From NCBI GenBank assembly GCA_015522845.1, contig WALL01000009.1, forward strand, positions 1-55,213: a stretch of 55,213 bases of DNA, read 5' to 3'. A model generated the notes under the pieces. It saw only the letters and a program-made list of their open reading frames with translations. It made no database searches and had not been told where the DNA came from. Position numbers and translations under genes: made by a program. Positions 26,492 through 35,220 of the stretch are shown piece by piece. The DNA comes from Nanobdellati archaeon (GTDB taxonomy: Archaea; B1Sed10-29; WALL01). Position 1 is the stretch's first letter; every line of letters starts with the position of its first letter.

Positions 26492-28819
26492 TTAATCCTT
26501 TCCGCTTGACACAAGCACTATTTTTGTTGGCCCATCTTTTTCCTTCTCACGCTCAAGCCGATATAGGTTGCCTGTTGCTGCCGCCTCCATTGCATCATCG
26601 TGGGTTATTAGGAATATTTGGCTTACAACCTCAGGAAGCGGCCCCTGCATGGCCTCTGTCAGCCGCATGACCCCGTTTGAGTCAAGATTATGTGTTGGCT
26701 CGTCAAGAACAAGCCATGAAAGCTGGGGGGCAAGGACTATTGAAAACGCAATCCTAAGTGCAAGTGCTGCTGTGCTCCTCTCGCCCCCCGAGGCAAACCC
26801 CTCTATGTTTGCCCAGCCACCGATTAGGGTTAGCACCTGTAGCGCATAGTCTCCCTGCTCAATACCAAGCCTAATCCGTGGATAGTCAGCATAAGGGTAA
26901 AGCTTGCCCCATATCTCATCAAGCCCCAGATTTACTGCAGAGACAAACTGCTCCCTTAGCTGTACCTGTGTATCCTCAAGGCTTTTCTTGAATATTGACA
27001 TCTTGTCAGCTGCTTTTGAAAGGAGCCCAATGCGCTCCCTCATAGCCGCAGCTTCTTCTTCCCTTTCCCTCATCTCGCTGATTAGCCGCCTTTTCTCAGT
27101 TGCAAGCCTCTCTGCTGATGAGACAAGCGACTCTAGCTCACCTGCTTTGGAAGACAGCTGCCTTATTCCGGCCTGCAATCCAGACAGCTCGCCCTCATCA
27201 AAGTGTAGCTTGCTTAGCTTTTCTTTTAGCCTTGCCTCCTTCTCTTTAAGGCTTGTGATTTCCCTTATGGCAGCATCAAGCTCCCCCCTTTTCTCGAGTA
27301 GCATCTCAAGCTCCTTGGCCCTGGCGGATAGCACTTCCCTTTCTTTTTGCAGCGCACCAATGGCGGCTTGCTCTTTTTTGGCAGCCTCCTTTAGGGAACT
27401 AAGCCTTGCCAGCGCATTGCTAAGGTCCTGCTTAAGCTTTGCAATATCCCCAGCAGCACCAAGCGCCTCTATTTGTGCGCTTATCCTGTCAAGCTCCCTG
27501 GCCTTTTCCTCAATGGGGCCAATGCTAATGGCACTAAGCCTTTTTTGGGTGCTAAGCAGGAGTGCCTTGCTATCGCTAATGTCCTTGGCTGCAGCCATTT
27601 CAAGCTCCCCCCGTTTCTCTAGGGTTATTGGGCTTTCACATACCGGGCACCTATCACCTGCCCCTGCAAGTGCCTTAATCCTCTTCTCTGCGTTGGCTAT
27701 TGCAAGCTCGCACCTCTCCTGCTTTTCCAGCAGCGAATCGCGCTCTGCCCTTGCCGTTTCCAGCTTCTTGTGCCATTCGCCCTTCTCCAGGGCGGCTTTC
27801 CTTTTGGCAAGTGCTTCCCTTTCAGCAGCCTTTTCCTCAGCTTGCCTTAGCTGCTCGTTGAGGACAGCTACTTCCTGCTCTGCCTTGGCTGCCTCCCTTC
27901 CTGCCTTTGGCTCAGCTGCAGCCGCTAGCCCCTTAAGCTGCTGCTGTGTGTGCTGTAGCTCTGCAGTTATGTCCCCCGCTGCTTCAAGCTCTTTCTTAAG
28001 CTCAGAGGCGGCCTTTGAATGCACATCGAGGCGCGAGGATATTGAAGCCAGCTCTTCCCTAGCTGCCCCTGCCTGCTTTCTTGTATCCTCCATTGTAGCC
28101 CGCCTTTCCTCTAGTTCGGACAGCTTTGTGCGCACGCTTAAAAGCAGCTTCTGGTTTCTAGCTTTCTCATCTTCTATTGCTGCAAGTGCCTTTTCCTCCT
28201 TAGCTATATCTGGCAGCTCAAGGCTGCCAAGCTGCTGCCTTAGCGCATTGGCTTCGCTTGAAAACTGCCTTGCAAGCGCAGAAGCATTCTTCCTTGCCTC
28301 GCCAAACCTGTCAATTCTGAGCAGCTCATCAATCTTTCTCTTCCTTTGTCCTGAGGGTATTTGCAAGAAATAGTCAAGCTGGTTTTGCTCGCTATAAACC
28401 GCTCTAGAGAAGAGGTCATAGTCCATGCCGAGTATTTTTGTAATCTCCTCACTAACGCGCTTTGTCTGCGGGCCCTCAATAAGGCGCCCCCCCTCGCGCA
28501 GCTCGCTTCTTGTTGTGCCCTTCCCAAGCGCTACTTCCCTAACAACCGTATAGCTTTTGCCTTTTGCAGTGAAATCCACCTCCACTGATGCCTTGCCCCT
28601 CTGTTCTGGCTTGTTAGTTATGCAGGCGTCAAGCGAAGCTTTTTTCGAGCTTAGCGCGGGGAATGTCCCAAAAAGGGCGAAGCTTATCGCGTCAAGGACG
28701 GCGCTCTTCCCGGCCCCCATTACACCGACTAGCACGTTTGTCCCCGGCAGGAAGCTTAGCTTGCTGTTGGCATGGCTCTTCCAGTTGGTCAGCCTTACTT
28801 CTGTAATCACGCCCTTCAT
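26492..28819 (-). CDS. rad50: Rad50/SbcC-like SMC ATPase
   Basis: GVMGAGKS, long coiled coils, central CPVC zinc hook, SGGE, LDEPT, ITH. Confidence 0.9.
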   Translation of the reverse strand: MKGVITEVRLTNWKSHANSKLSFLPGTNVLVGVMGAGKSAVLDAISFALFGTFPALSSKKASLDACITNKPEQRGKASVEVDFTAKGKSYTVVREVALGKGTTRSELREGGRLIEGPQTKRVSEEITKILGMDYDLFSRAVYSEQNQLDYFLQIPSGQRKRKIDELLRIDRFGEARKNASALARQFSSEANALRQQLGSLELPDIAKEEKALAAIEDEKARNQKLLLSVRTKLSELEERRATMEDTRKQAGAAREELASISSRLDVHSKAASELKKELEAAGDITAELQHTQQQLKGLAAAAEPKAGREAAKAEQEVAVLNEQLRQAEEKAAEREALAKRKAALEKGEWHKKLETARAERDSLLEKQERCELAIANAEKRIKALAGAGDRCPVCESPITLEKRGELEMAAAKDISDSKALLLSTQKRLSAISIGPIEEKARELDRISAQIEALGAAGDIAKLKQDLSNALARLSSLKEAAKKEQAAIGALQKEREVLSARAKELEMLLEKRGELDAAIREITSLKEKEARLKEKLSKLHFDEGELSGLQAGIRQLSSKAGELESLVSSAERLATEKRRLISEMREREEEAAAMRERIGLLSKAADKMSIFKKSLEDTQVQLREQFVSAVNLGLDEIWGKLYPYADYPRIRLGIEQGDYALQVLTLIGGWANIEGFASGGERSTAALALRIAFSIVLAPQLSWLVLDEPTHNLDSNGVMRLTEAMQGPLPEVVSQIFLITHDDAMEAAATGNLYRLEREKEKDGPTKIVLVSSGKD

Positions 28820-28947
28820 TATTAGCTTTCTCGAATAAATAAGCAAAGGCTTTTAAACCACCTCTTGCCCAATAGCGCCGGGGAGTTTCTCCCCCGCGAG
28901 GCGCCCCGTTCTCCTCTCCCCCGGGGGCCTCGCGTTATGGTGCTAAT

Positions 28948-29349
28948 ATGCGCTTTTTCTGCGATGCAATGCTGGGGAAGCTAGCGCGGTGGCTGAGGAT
29001 TTTTGGCTATGACTGCGGGCTTGCTCCTGAAAGGGCAGCAGACAGCGAGGTCCTTAGCCTTGCCGAAGGCCGCATACTCCTCACGCGCGACAAGGAGCTG
29101 GCTAGGCTGCCAAATGCGCTTTATGTGCCCGGCAATACCATCAAGTCACAGCTGTCGCTGCTTTACAGGAGATACCACATCCGCCTGGCCATAACCCCAA
29201 CGCGCTGCCCGCTATGCAATGGAAAGCTTGTTAAGGCAGAGACGCCTAATGGCCCTGGCTGGAAATGCACCAGCTGCGGCAAGGAATACTGGCAGGGCTC
29301 ACATTGGAAAAGGATAGCAGAGCTGGCTGAAGAGGTAAGAAGGGAATAG
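28948..29349 (+). CDS. Mut7-C RNase (PIN fold) domain protein
   Basis: FFCDAMLGKLARWLR, LLTRD, RCPLCN...CTSCGKEYWQGSH. Confidence 0.92.
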   Translation: MRFFCDAMLGKLARWLRIFGYDCGLAPERAADSEVLSLAEGRILLTRDKELARLPNALYVPGNTIKSQLSLLYRRYHIRLAITPTRCPLCNGKLVKAETPNGPGWKCTSCGKEYWQGSHWKRIAELAEEVRRE

Positions 29350-29471
29350 CGCTTACATAAGCCTTGCGAGGTCTACAACGGCCCGACTGAGCCGGCGCGT
29401 AGGCGCTTGCGGGGGCACAGGCCCCCGTAATAGACAGGCAACAGCGCTTACATAAGCCTTGCGAGGTCTAC
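29348..29471 (-). repeat. 29-bp duplication of the ef1b 3' end around a hairpin insert
   Basis: AGCGCTTACATAAGCCTTGCGAGGTCTAC at 29348-29376 and 29443-29471. Confidence 0.88.
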
Positions 29472-29705
29472 GACTTGCACATCGCCAACTTCTGGCAGCG
29501 CCTTCAGCTTTTCCTCTAGCTTCTCGGTCCCTCCCTCGGAGTCGGGGATGACAACGGTCAGCTTTAGTGCCTTAAGGCCAAAGGCAATTGGCTCCTCTGC
29601 CACATTGTCTACCTTCCCGGCGGCTGCAACAGCAGCGCCCTTTAGCTTCTCAAAATCAGTACCCTCAGCGGGCATGAGCTTTAAGACAGCAACTACGTCT
29701 CCCAT
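29448..29705 (-). CDS. ef1b: translation elongation factor 1-beta
   Basis: MGDV..KLMP..EEPIAFGLKAL. Confidence 0.95.
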   Translation of the reverse strand: MGDVVAVLKLMPAEGTDFEKLKGAAVAAAGKVDNVAEEPIAFGLKALKLTVVIPDSEGGTEKLEEKLKALPEVGDVQVVDLARLM

Positions 29706-29709
29706 GTGC

Positions 29710-29859
29710 TCACGGCCCCTCGAACCCGCACTCTGGGCACACGTACCTGCTTGCCCTCTCCCTGCAGTCCTGGCACCTAATTATCTCATGGCCACAGCTA
29801 GGGCACTTGAACCGCACATAATTGTCAGTAACTTCCTTATTGCACGACGTGCACTTCAT
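29710..29859 (-). CDS. small Zn-ribbon protein (HVO_2753/DUF1610-like)
   Basis: CTSC..FKCPSCG..IIRCQDCR..YVCPECGFEGP in its usual position upstream of ef1b. Confidence 0.9.
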   Translation of the reverse strand: MKCTSCNKEVTDNYVRFKCPSCGHEIIRCQDCRERASRYVCPECGFEGP

Positions 29860-30040
29860 CAAATCACTCCAGGGCGTTATTCTGAGGGCGATGCTTTTTA
29901 AATGTTTAGGCACATTCTCGGCAATTCATGGAGAGCGGGCACCACTATTTTCAGTAGTGCTTAAAAAGAAAGAGGCCCAAAAATACCTCCCTGAAGTGTC
30001 CTTTAGGCACCAATACAAACAAGGCAAGCTGTTACAGAAA

Positions 30041-30114
30041 GCCTCCGTGATCTAGCCTGGATAGGATGTAAGCTTGCGGAGCTTATCGCGAGGGTTCAAA
30101 TCCCTCCGGAGGCG
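30041..30114 (+). tRNA. tRNA-Arg(GCG)
   Basis: GCCTCCG/CGGAGGC acceptor stem; TAAGC-TTGCGGA-GCTTA anticodon arm. Confidence 0.95.
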
Positions 30115-30145
30115 CTCGGGGAGCTAACGGCTCCCCCTTGCTCTA

Positions 30146-30272
30146 TTTTCCGCCGGCTCTTTCCCACGAACCTTTTTCTGCTAAAAGCTGTGGGAAAAGC
30201 GTTCACGGAAAAAGCATTTCCGCCGGCGCTTTTATACCGGGCGAGCGAAGCGAGTAGCAGAAAGGGCCGTTT
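30146..30272. repeat. cluster of element copies downstream of tRNA-Arg
   Basis: Left-end fragment at 30146, minus-strand copy 30166-30211, plus-strand copy 30217-30272. Confidence 0.88.
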
Positions 30273-30324
30273 GGATCCCGATAGGGGCGTTCCTTTTTTT
30301 AACCCCAACTGCCTTATCCCAACC

Positions 30325-31176
30325 ATGAAGGGGCCAACCAAGCTGAAAGAGTATGGCGCCAAGAAGGCGTTCGGCAAGCTGCGCTCCGTGCTGATGCACC
30401 GCCCATATCATGAGCTAGAGCTTGTTGGCGATCCAGATAAATGGGGCTTTGCCTCCAAGCCAAACAAGGACATTGCTGCCAAAGAATTTGATAACCTTGT
30501 GGATATCCTAAAGGAAAACAAGGTAGATGTCTACAAAGTCCAGACTGACCGCGCCCCCCCGCCAAACCTCTACTACACGCGGGACCTTGGCCTGTGCACA
30601 AGCAACGGCATTGTGCTTGCTAACTTTTATGCCAACTACCGCCAGGGGGAGGAGCTTTACCTGCAGATAACTGCACAGGAGCTTGGCATTCCTGTCTTTG
30701 GGAAGCTAAGGGACACTTATTTTGAAGGGGGCGACTTTGTCCAGATAAGCGACAGTACAGCGGCGCTTGGCCTCCAGAGAAGCAGCTACGGCGGCTATGA
30801 GGATGTCTCAGAGTTTGTTGATGTCGACCTCTTGCCAGTCCCGCATTCGGAGAAGTTTGCCCACCTGGATGTTGTCTTTAACATGGTTGGCCCCAAGCTA
30901 TGTGTTGCATGCACCAAGGCGCTCCCCGCAGAGTTCATAGACTTTCTCAAGCAAGAAAAGATAGATATAATTGACATAACTGTTGCACAGCAAAAGGAAC
31001 TTAGCTCAGACGTGCTTATGCTCAAAGGGGGCAGGGCCATAATAAGCGATGAGTGCACTAAAACAATTAGGGAGCTTGAGAAGAGGGGGGCCGATGTCAT
31101 TCCTATCCCCTTACATGAGCTGAAGAAGGGCAAGGGGGGGCCGGGGTGCCTTACCCTTCCGCTCTTGAGGAAGTAA
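30325..31176 (+). CDS. amidinotransferase/arginine deiminase/DDAH family protein
   Basis: YTRD, FEGGD, HLD, C-terminal GGPGCLT nucleophile; the ORF extension to 30190 runs through repeat DNA. Confidence 0.88.
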   Translation: MKGPTKLKEYGAKKAFGKLRSVLMHRPYHELELVGDPDKWGFASKPNKDIAAKEFDNLVDILKENKVDVYKVQTDRAPPPNLYYTRDLGLCTSNGIVLANFYANYRQGEELYLQITAQELGIPVFGKLRDTYFEGGDFVQISDSTAALGLQRSSYGGYEDVSEFVDVDLLPVPHSEKFAHLDVVFNMVGPKLCVACTKALPAEFIDFLKQEKIDIIDITVAQQKELSSDVLMLKGGRAIISDECTKTIRELEKRGADVIPIPLHELKKGKGGPGCLTLPLLRK

Positions 31177-31579
31177 TTTTCTCAATGATCTTGCTTGTCT
31201 TATGGAGCTTGCCATTTGTAAGCTCCCTTATCCTGACAATTTTTGGGCTCAGCCCGCGCTGCTTCAGGTCATAGGCTAATTTATCCTCATCTACCTCCTG
31301 ATCTGGGCCAAGTATGATTACATCAGGCTGCTTTTCAGCAACGACCTTATACCAGTCCTTACTGTCCCCAACTATTGCCTCATCAACGGGCTTTAGCGCT
31401 GCAATCACTTCCCGCCTTTGCTCTGCGGGAATAATCACCTTCCCCTTTGCCTTCCTAACGGTCTCATCGCTGGCAACAACTACTATTAGCCTGTCGACAA
31501 AGGACTTTGCTTCTGTAAGATAGCGGATGTGCCCGCTGTGGAGGAGCACAAACTTGCCGAAGGCCATCCCAACCCGCAT
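31151..31579 (-). CDS. ribL: cytidylyltransferase-family FAD synthase
   Basis: HSGH (HxGH), VVASD, LKPVDEA, PDVIILGPDQ, TSKII. Confidence 0.8.
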   Translation of the reverse strand: MRVGMAFGKFVLLHSGHIRYLTEAKSFVDRLIVVVASDETVRKAKGKVIIPAEQRREVIAALKPVDEAIVGDSKDWYKVVAEKQPDVIILGPDQEVDEDKLAYDLKQRGLSPKIVRIRELTNGKLHKTSKIIEKITSSRAEG

Positions 31580-31631
31580 GAGGATATTCAGCTGGCAAAG
31601 CTTTTAAACCTTGTATTAGTTTATCTAGCAG

Positions 31632-32483
31632 ATGCTCCTAGAATTAGATGCCCCGCCAGATAAGGTGGAGGCAAAGATGGTCAGGCTGATATTGCCAGAC
31701 TTCATGCTGCTATTCCTTGTGCTTGCAATAGCAGGCAATGCCGCAGTAATCCTCTCCGGCATAGTAAAGTTCCCGCAGGTGCTCCTGCTTGTGCCAGCAA
31801 TTTCAATACTTGCAATCATATTTGCATTTGTGCGGTTCTATGGCTACCTTTCAACTGTGCTTCGTGTAATGGGGGCACTATCAGCCGTTTACGATGAGCT
31901 TGGGGGGGGCAAGGCCAGGGTGCGCATAGCCTTCCCCGCACCAATCCTGCTATTTGGCTTCCTCTCAGAAGGGGGCTTTTCTAAAAGCACAGATAAGGTG
32001 TTTTCCTTCCTGATGAAGTCTGATTCTGCAAAGTACCAGGCCAGCCTTGCTATCCTGGTTGACCATGGCTATAAGCTTGATATTACAGTAACTGACTGGC
32101 GTAACCAAGCCCATTCCCGCCAGGCGGAAGGCAAGCTGCCGAAGTTGCAGAATGCAGCCATTGGTGTGGTAGAGGATATAAGAAGGTCAGTCCTTGAATC
32201 AAAGGGCGTCCCCATCCAAAGGATTGTCACGTCCCACGAAGGCTACCTGCCGCAGCCAGTTAAGAGGATGGCACTAGCTAGGAAGCCAGCCATTGTGCCG
32301 GCCCCCCCAAGGCGGGTTCCCACTCCCCCCCTCCCACCGGTGCTTGAGAAGAAGGCAGTTGAGCAAAAGAGAGATGAGCTAAGGGCAAAGCTCAGCACCA
32401 CAAGGAAAAAGTCAGAAAAGGAGGCGCTGCAGGACGTGCTCTACCAGCTCGAGGAAATAGACAAGGTAATCAAGAGCGGCTAG
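31632..32483 (+). CDS. hypothetical membrane protein
   Basis: 283-aa ORF with two TM helices, a Pro-rich linker and a coiled C-terminus; TATA-like TTTTAAA upstream. Confidence 0.7.
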   Translation: MLLELDAPPDKVEAKMVRLILPDFMLLFLVLAIAGNAAVILSGIVKFPQVLLLVPAISILAIIFAFVRFYGYLSTVLRVMGALSAVYDELGGGKARVRIAFPAPILLFGFLSEGGFSKSTDKVFSFLMKSDSAKYQASLAILVDHGYKLDITVTDWRNQAHSRQAEGKLPKLQNAAIGVVEDIRRSVLESKGVPIQRIVTSHEGYLPQPVKRMALARKPAIVPAPPRRVPTPPLPPVLEKKAVEQKRDELRAKLSTTRKKSEKEALQDVLYQLEEIDKVIKSG

Positions 32484-32717
32484 TAAAGCTTTTTCTTCAT
32501 GTATCTGGCGTTAGAGTACCCAAATCCCAGTAGCCCGTATGTGTGCACCACATGCGGTGCCGGGCCCGCATGGTGAGCACTTCAACAGGCCTTAGCTGCC
32601 CTGTCCTATCCATTAGCTCATTCATCAGCGCCTTTCCCCTCCTTTTCCTGTGCTCCGGAAGGACTGCCAGGTGGTGGGTGGTTGCCTGTAGCCTTCGTCC
32701 CTGTACTCCCGTATCAT
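32480..32717 (-). pseudogene. GNAT acetyltransferase remnant
   Basis: Fragments MIREYRDE, HHLAVLPEHRKRRGKALMNEL and YGLLGFGYSNARYMKKKLY* do not share one open frame; the ATG overlaps the asnS stop. Confidence 0.6.
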
Positions 32718-33985
32718 GGCGTTATCCTATCCATTGTCCGCGGGAACCCTATTGCCTCATGTATGGAGTCCAGCCCGCAGATCCATTCTACAACCCTGTC
32801 AATACCCATGCCAAAGCCGCTGTGGGGGACAGAGCCATACCGCCTGGTGTCAATATACCACCCATAATCTTCAGGCTTTTCTCCCTGTGCTGCGAGCTTC
32901 TTTTTTATCTCCCCTATGTCCTCCTCACGCTCGCTGCCGCCAATTATCTCACCAACGTGCGGGACAAGCATGTCCATACCAAGCACGGCATCCTTATCAT
33001 CGGGCGCCTGCTTCATGTAAAATGCCTTTATCTCTTTTGGGTAGTGGGTAACAATTAATGGCTTGTCATACATCTCGCAAAGCTTTGCCTCTTCCTTTGT
33101 GCGTAGGTCCTTGCCATAAGGGACATCCATTCCTGCGCTTGCCAGCTTCTTTAGCGCATCCCTATACCTAATCCGCGGGAATGGGGGCTTTACACGCCCC
33201 AGCGCCCCAATGTCTGCTCCAAGCAGCTCAAGCTCCTTCTTGTTTTCCTTAAGCACTTTCTGCACTATGAACGACACCAGCTCCTCCCCCTGCTTCTGCA
33301 GCTCATCAAACTGCTGCCAGGCAGTCTCAACCTCGGCATGCCAGAACTCTGTCAAATGCCGTGATGTGCTGCTCCTTTCTGCGCGGAATGATGGGGCAAT
33401 TGTGTATATCTTCTCTAGTGCGAATATCGCCGCCTCCGCATAAAGCTGCCAGGTCTGCGTCAGATAAGCCTTCTTTCCAAAGTAGTCCACTTCAAAAAGA
33501 GTTGAGCCACCTTCTGCTGCAGTCCCAACAAACATCGGGCTTTGGAACTCGTAGTACCCTCGCGAGCGGAAGAACTCGTCCACTGCGCCAAACACCGTGC
33601 TCCTTACCTTTAGCACGGCAGCCATTGGCTGGCTGCGCAGCCAGAGGTGGCGCATATCCCTTAGGAACTCCTTGCTTTGATCCTTTGTAATGGGAAACCT
33701 CTCCGCCTTGTGGACTACATCCAACTTTTTAACAGCCACCTCGTAGCCGCCCGGCGCACGCTTGTCCTCCTTTACGGTACCTTCAACAGCAACTGACGAC
33801 TCGACAAGAAGGCTTTTTGCCTTCTCGTATTCCTTTCCCTTCACAGCACACTGGACAATGCCGCTGCTGTCGCGCAGCACTATAAACACAACACCCTTGC
33901 TTGCACGATGCCGGTAAATCCAGCCCCGCAGTGACACCTTTTTCCCCGTGTGCTTTGCTATCTCACCAATTGGAACAAATTTCAT
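32714..33985 (-). CDS. asnS: asparaginyl-tRNA synthetase
   Basis: OB fold, RHLWLRS, FRAE..RHLTEFWH, RRYGSVPHSGFGMG. Confidence 0.9.
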   Translation of the reverse strand: MKFVPIGEIAKHTGKKVSLRGWIYRHRASKGVVFIVLRDSSGIVQCAVKGKEYEKAKSLLVESSVAVEGTVKEDKRAPGGYEVAVKKLDVVHKAERFPITKDQSKEFLRDMRHLWLRSQPMAAVLKVRSTVFGAVDEFFRSRGYYEFQSPMFVGTAAEGGSTLFEVDYFGKKAYLTQTWQLYAEAAIFALEKIYTIAPSFRAERSSTSRHLTEFWHAEVETAWQQFDELQKQGEELVSFIVQKVLKENKKELELLGADIGALGRVKPPFPRIRYRDALKKLASAGMDVPYGKDLRTKEEAKLCEMYDKPLIVTHYPKEIKAFYMKQAPDDKDAVLGMDMLVPHVGEIIGGSEREEDIGEIKKKLAAQGEKPEDYGWYIDTRRYGSVPHSGFGMGIDRVVEWICGLDSIHEAIGFPRTMDRITP

Positions 33986-35220
33986 GCATGCAGCCTCCAG
34001 AACTTCCTACGGTACTCTTTCCACGCCTCTGTTTTCTTTGCCTTTGCATCCTCAAGTATTGTAAACTTTTTCCTCTTCAGGTGTGTTACCGGCTGTTTAA
34101 TCAATTCCTTAAGCAGCGCCTTGGCAGTCGGGTATTCTCTCTTCCTTTCGGTAACTACCTTGTTTCCCCGCACAATCGCCTTCCTGTATTTTTTAATAAA
34201 CTTCTCAATGTGCTCCCTGTCATAAACCGTAGGTCCCCAGTGGTCATTCACCGGCGGGAGCTGCCATACCTCAAGCTCAAGCAGTATCTGTGCCTTTGCC
34301 TTTGAGTCTGTCCAGCTCCAGCTGTCAATAACCTTAAATTCCCTCTCATGCAGTTTCTTGACAAGCTTTTTCTCAAAGCGCTGTAGCTGGGACCAGATGA
34401 TCTCCTCGTTCTCTTCCCCGATCTTCCATTCAATGACAAAGACCTTCCCGCGCCTCGGGAGCAGCGTTGCCCTTTCAGCTATTTTTCTTGTCTTCAGGTA
34501 TTCGCGGGCAAGCATAATAAATTCGCAGAGCTTTTGCTCGCTTACTGCTGCTGCTACATTCCGCTCAGGGTCAACAGGGTCAATAACTACAAGGGGGTCG
34601 CTAAATTTCCTTTTTCCTTTTACAATCTCTATGTGCTCGCCGTATTTCCAGTCGCTTGCTGCTTCAAGCACGCGCTGGAATGAGCCATAGTGCAGCACAA
34701 GCAGCTCGCAGAGGTATCCAGAGAACCCATGTGTCTCCACCTCCGCGCCATAAACCCCTATCCGCTTGGCAAAATACTTTAAGAGCCGCACTTCATCTGG
34801 GTTTTTGAGGTTTGCAAGCATGTATTCTGTGTGGAGCGGGGAGCGGTCAACCGCAGAGATTATTTTCTCCCCCTTCCTTATCTTATAGCAGGGCACAAGG
34901 TCAATGTCGTAGCCCCGTATCTTCATCTTAGTATAGGGGTGCTCTGCATAATGGGTATGGCTCTTTACGCCAAATGCCTTTGCAACCTCCCTTCCAATTT
35001 CAAGGCCGACTTTCTCAAGCTGCTTTCGTGGGGCCCCCTTGTCGAACAGCACAAATATATCTAGGTCCTTGTCTCCCTTTAGGCAAGTGTCCTTTGCTAT
35101 GGAGCCGGCAAGTATGGCATCGTGGCCAAGCCCGTTAATGACGCGGATTATGTCCTCTGAGAGCTTTAGCTCCTTTGCCCTTTCAGCAGGGCTTGACTTT
35201 AGCTCGGAAATCTTTTTCAT
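33982..35220 (-). CDS. cca: CCA-adding enzyme, class I
   Basis: GSIAKDT..DLDIF, YAEHPY, SAVDRSPLH, GFSGYLCELL, DPVDPERNVAAA. Confidence 0.95.
   Translation of the reverse strand: MKKISELKSSPAERAKELKLSEDIIRVINGLGHDAILAGSIAKDTCLKGDKDLDIFVLFDKGAPRKQLEKVGLEIGREVAKAFGVKSHTHYAEHPYTKMKIRGYDIDLVPCYKIRKGEKIISAVDRSPLHTEYMLANLKNPDEVRLLKYFAKRIGVYGAEVETHGFSGYLCELLVLHYGSFQRVLEAASDWKYGEHIEIVKGKRKFSDPLVVIDPVDPERNVAAAVSEQKLCEFIMLAREYLKTRKIAERATLLPRRGKVFVIEWKIGEENEEIIWSQLQRFEKKLVKKLHEREFKVIDSWSWTDSKAKAQILLELEVWQLPPVNDHWGPTVYDREHIEKFIKKYRKAIVRGNKVVTERKREYPTAKALLKELIKQPVTHLKRKKFTILEDAKAKKTEAWKEYRRKFWRLHA

Noticed and set aside
26904..28373. 489-aa ORF on the + strand
   Set aside because: Ser/Leu/Ala-rich antisense shadow of the rad50 coiled coil.
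14980..30272. Recurring 45-56 bp repeats read as a CRISPR array
   Set aside because: Copies are dispersed over kilobases in both orientations, with no regular repeat-spacer period and no cas genes.
30273..30290. GGATCCCGATAGGGGCG after an element as a captured tRNA 3' end
   Set aside because: It does not match the adjacent tRNA-Arg or any other tRNA in the window, and it is too short to assign without the rest of the genome.
32484..32713. GC-rich gap as SRP or RNase P RNA
   Set aside because: No convincing SRP helix 8 or RNase P conserved motif; the gap is better explained as a GNAT pseudogene.
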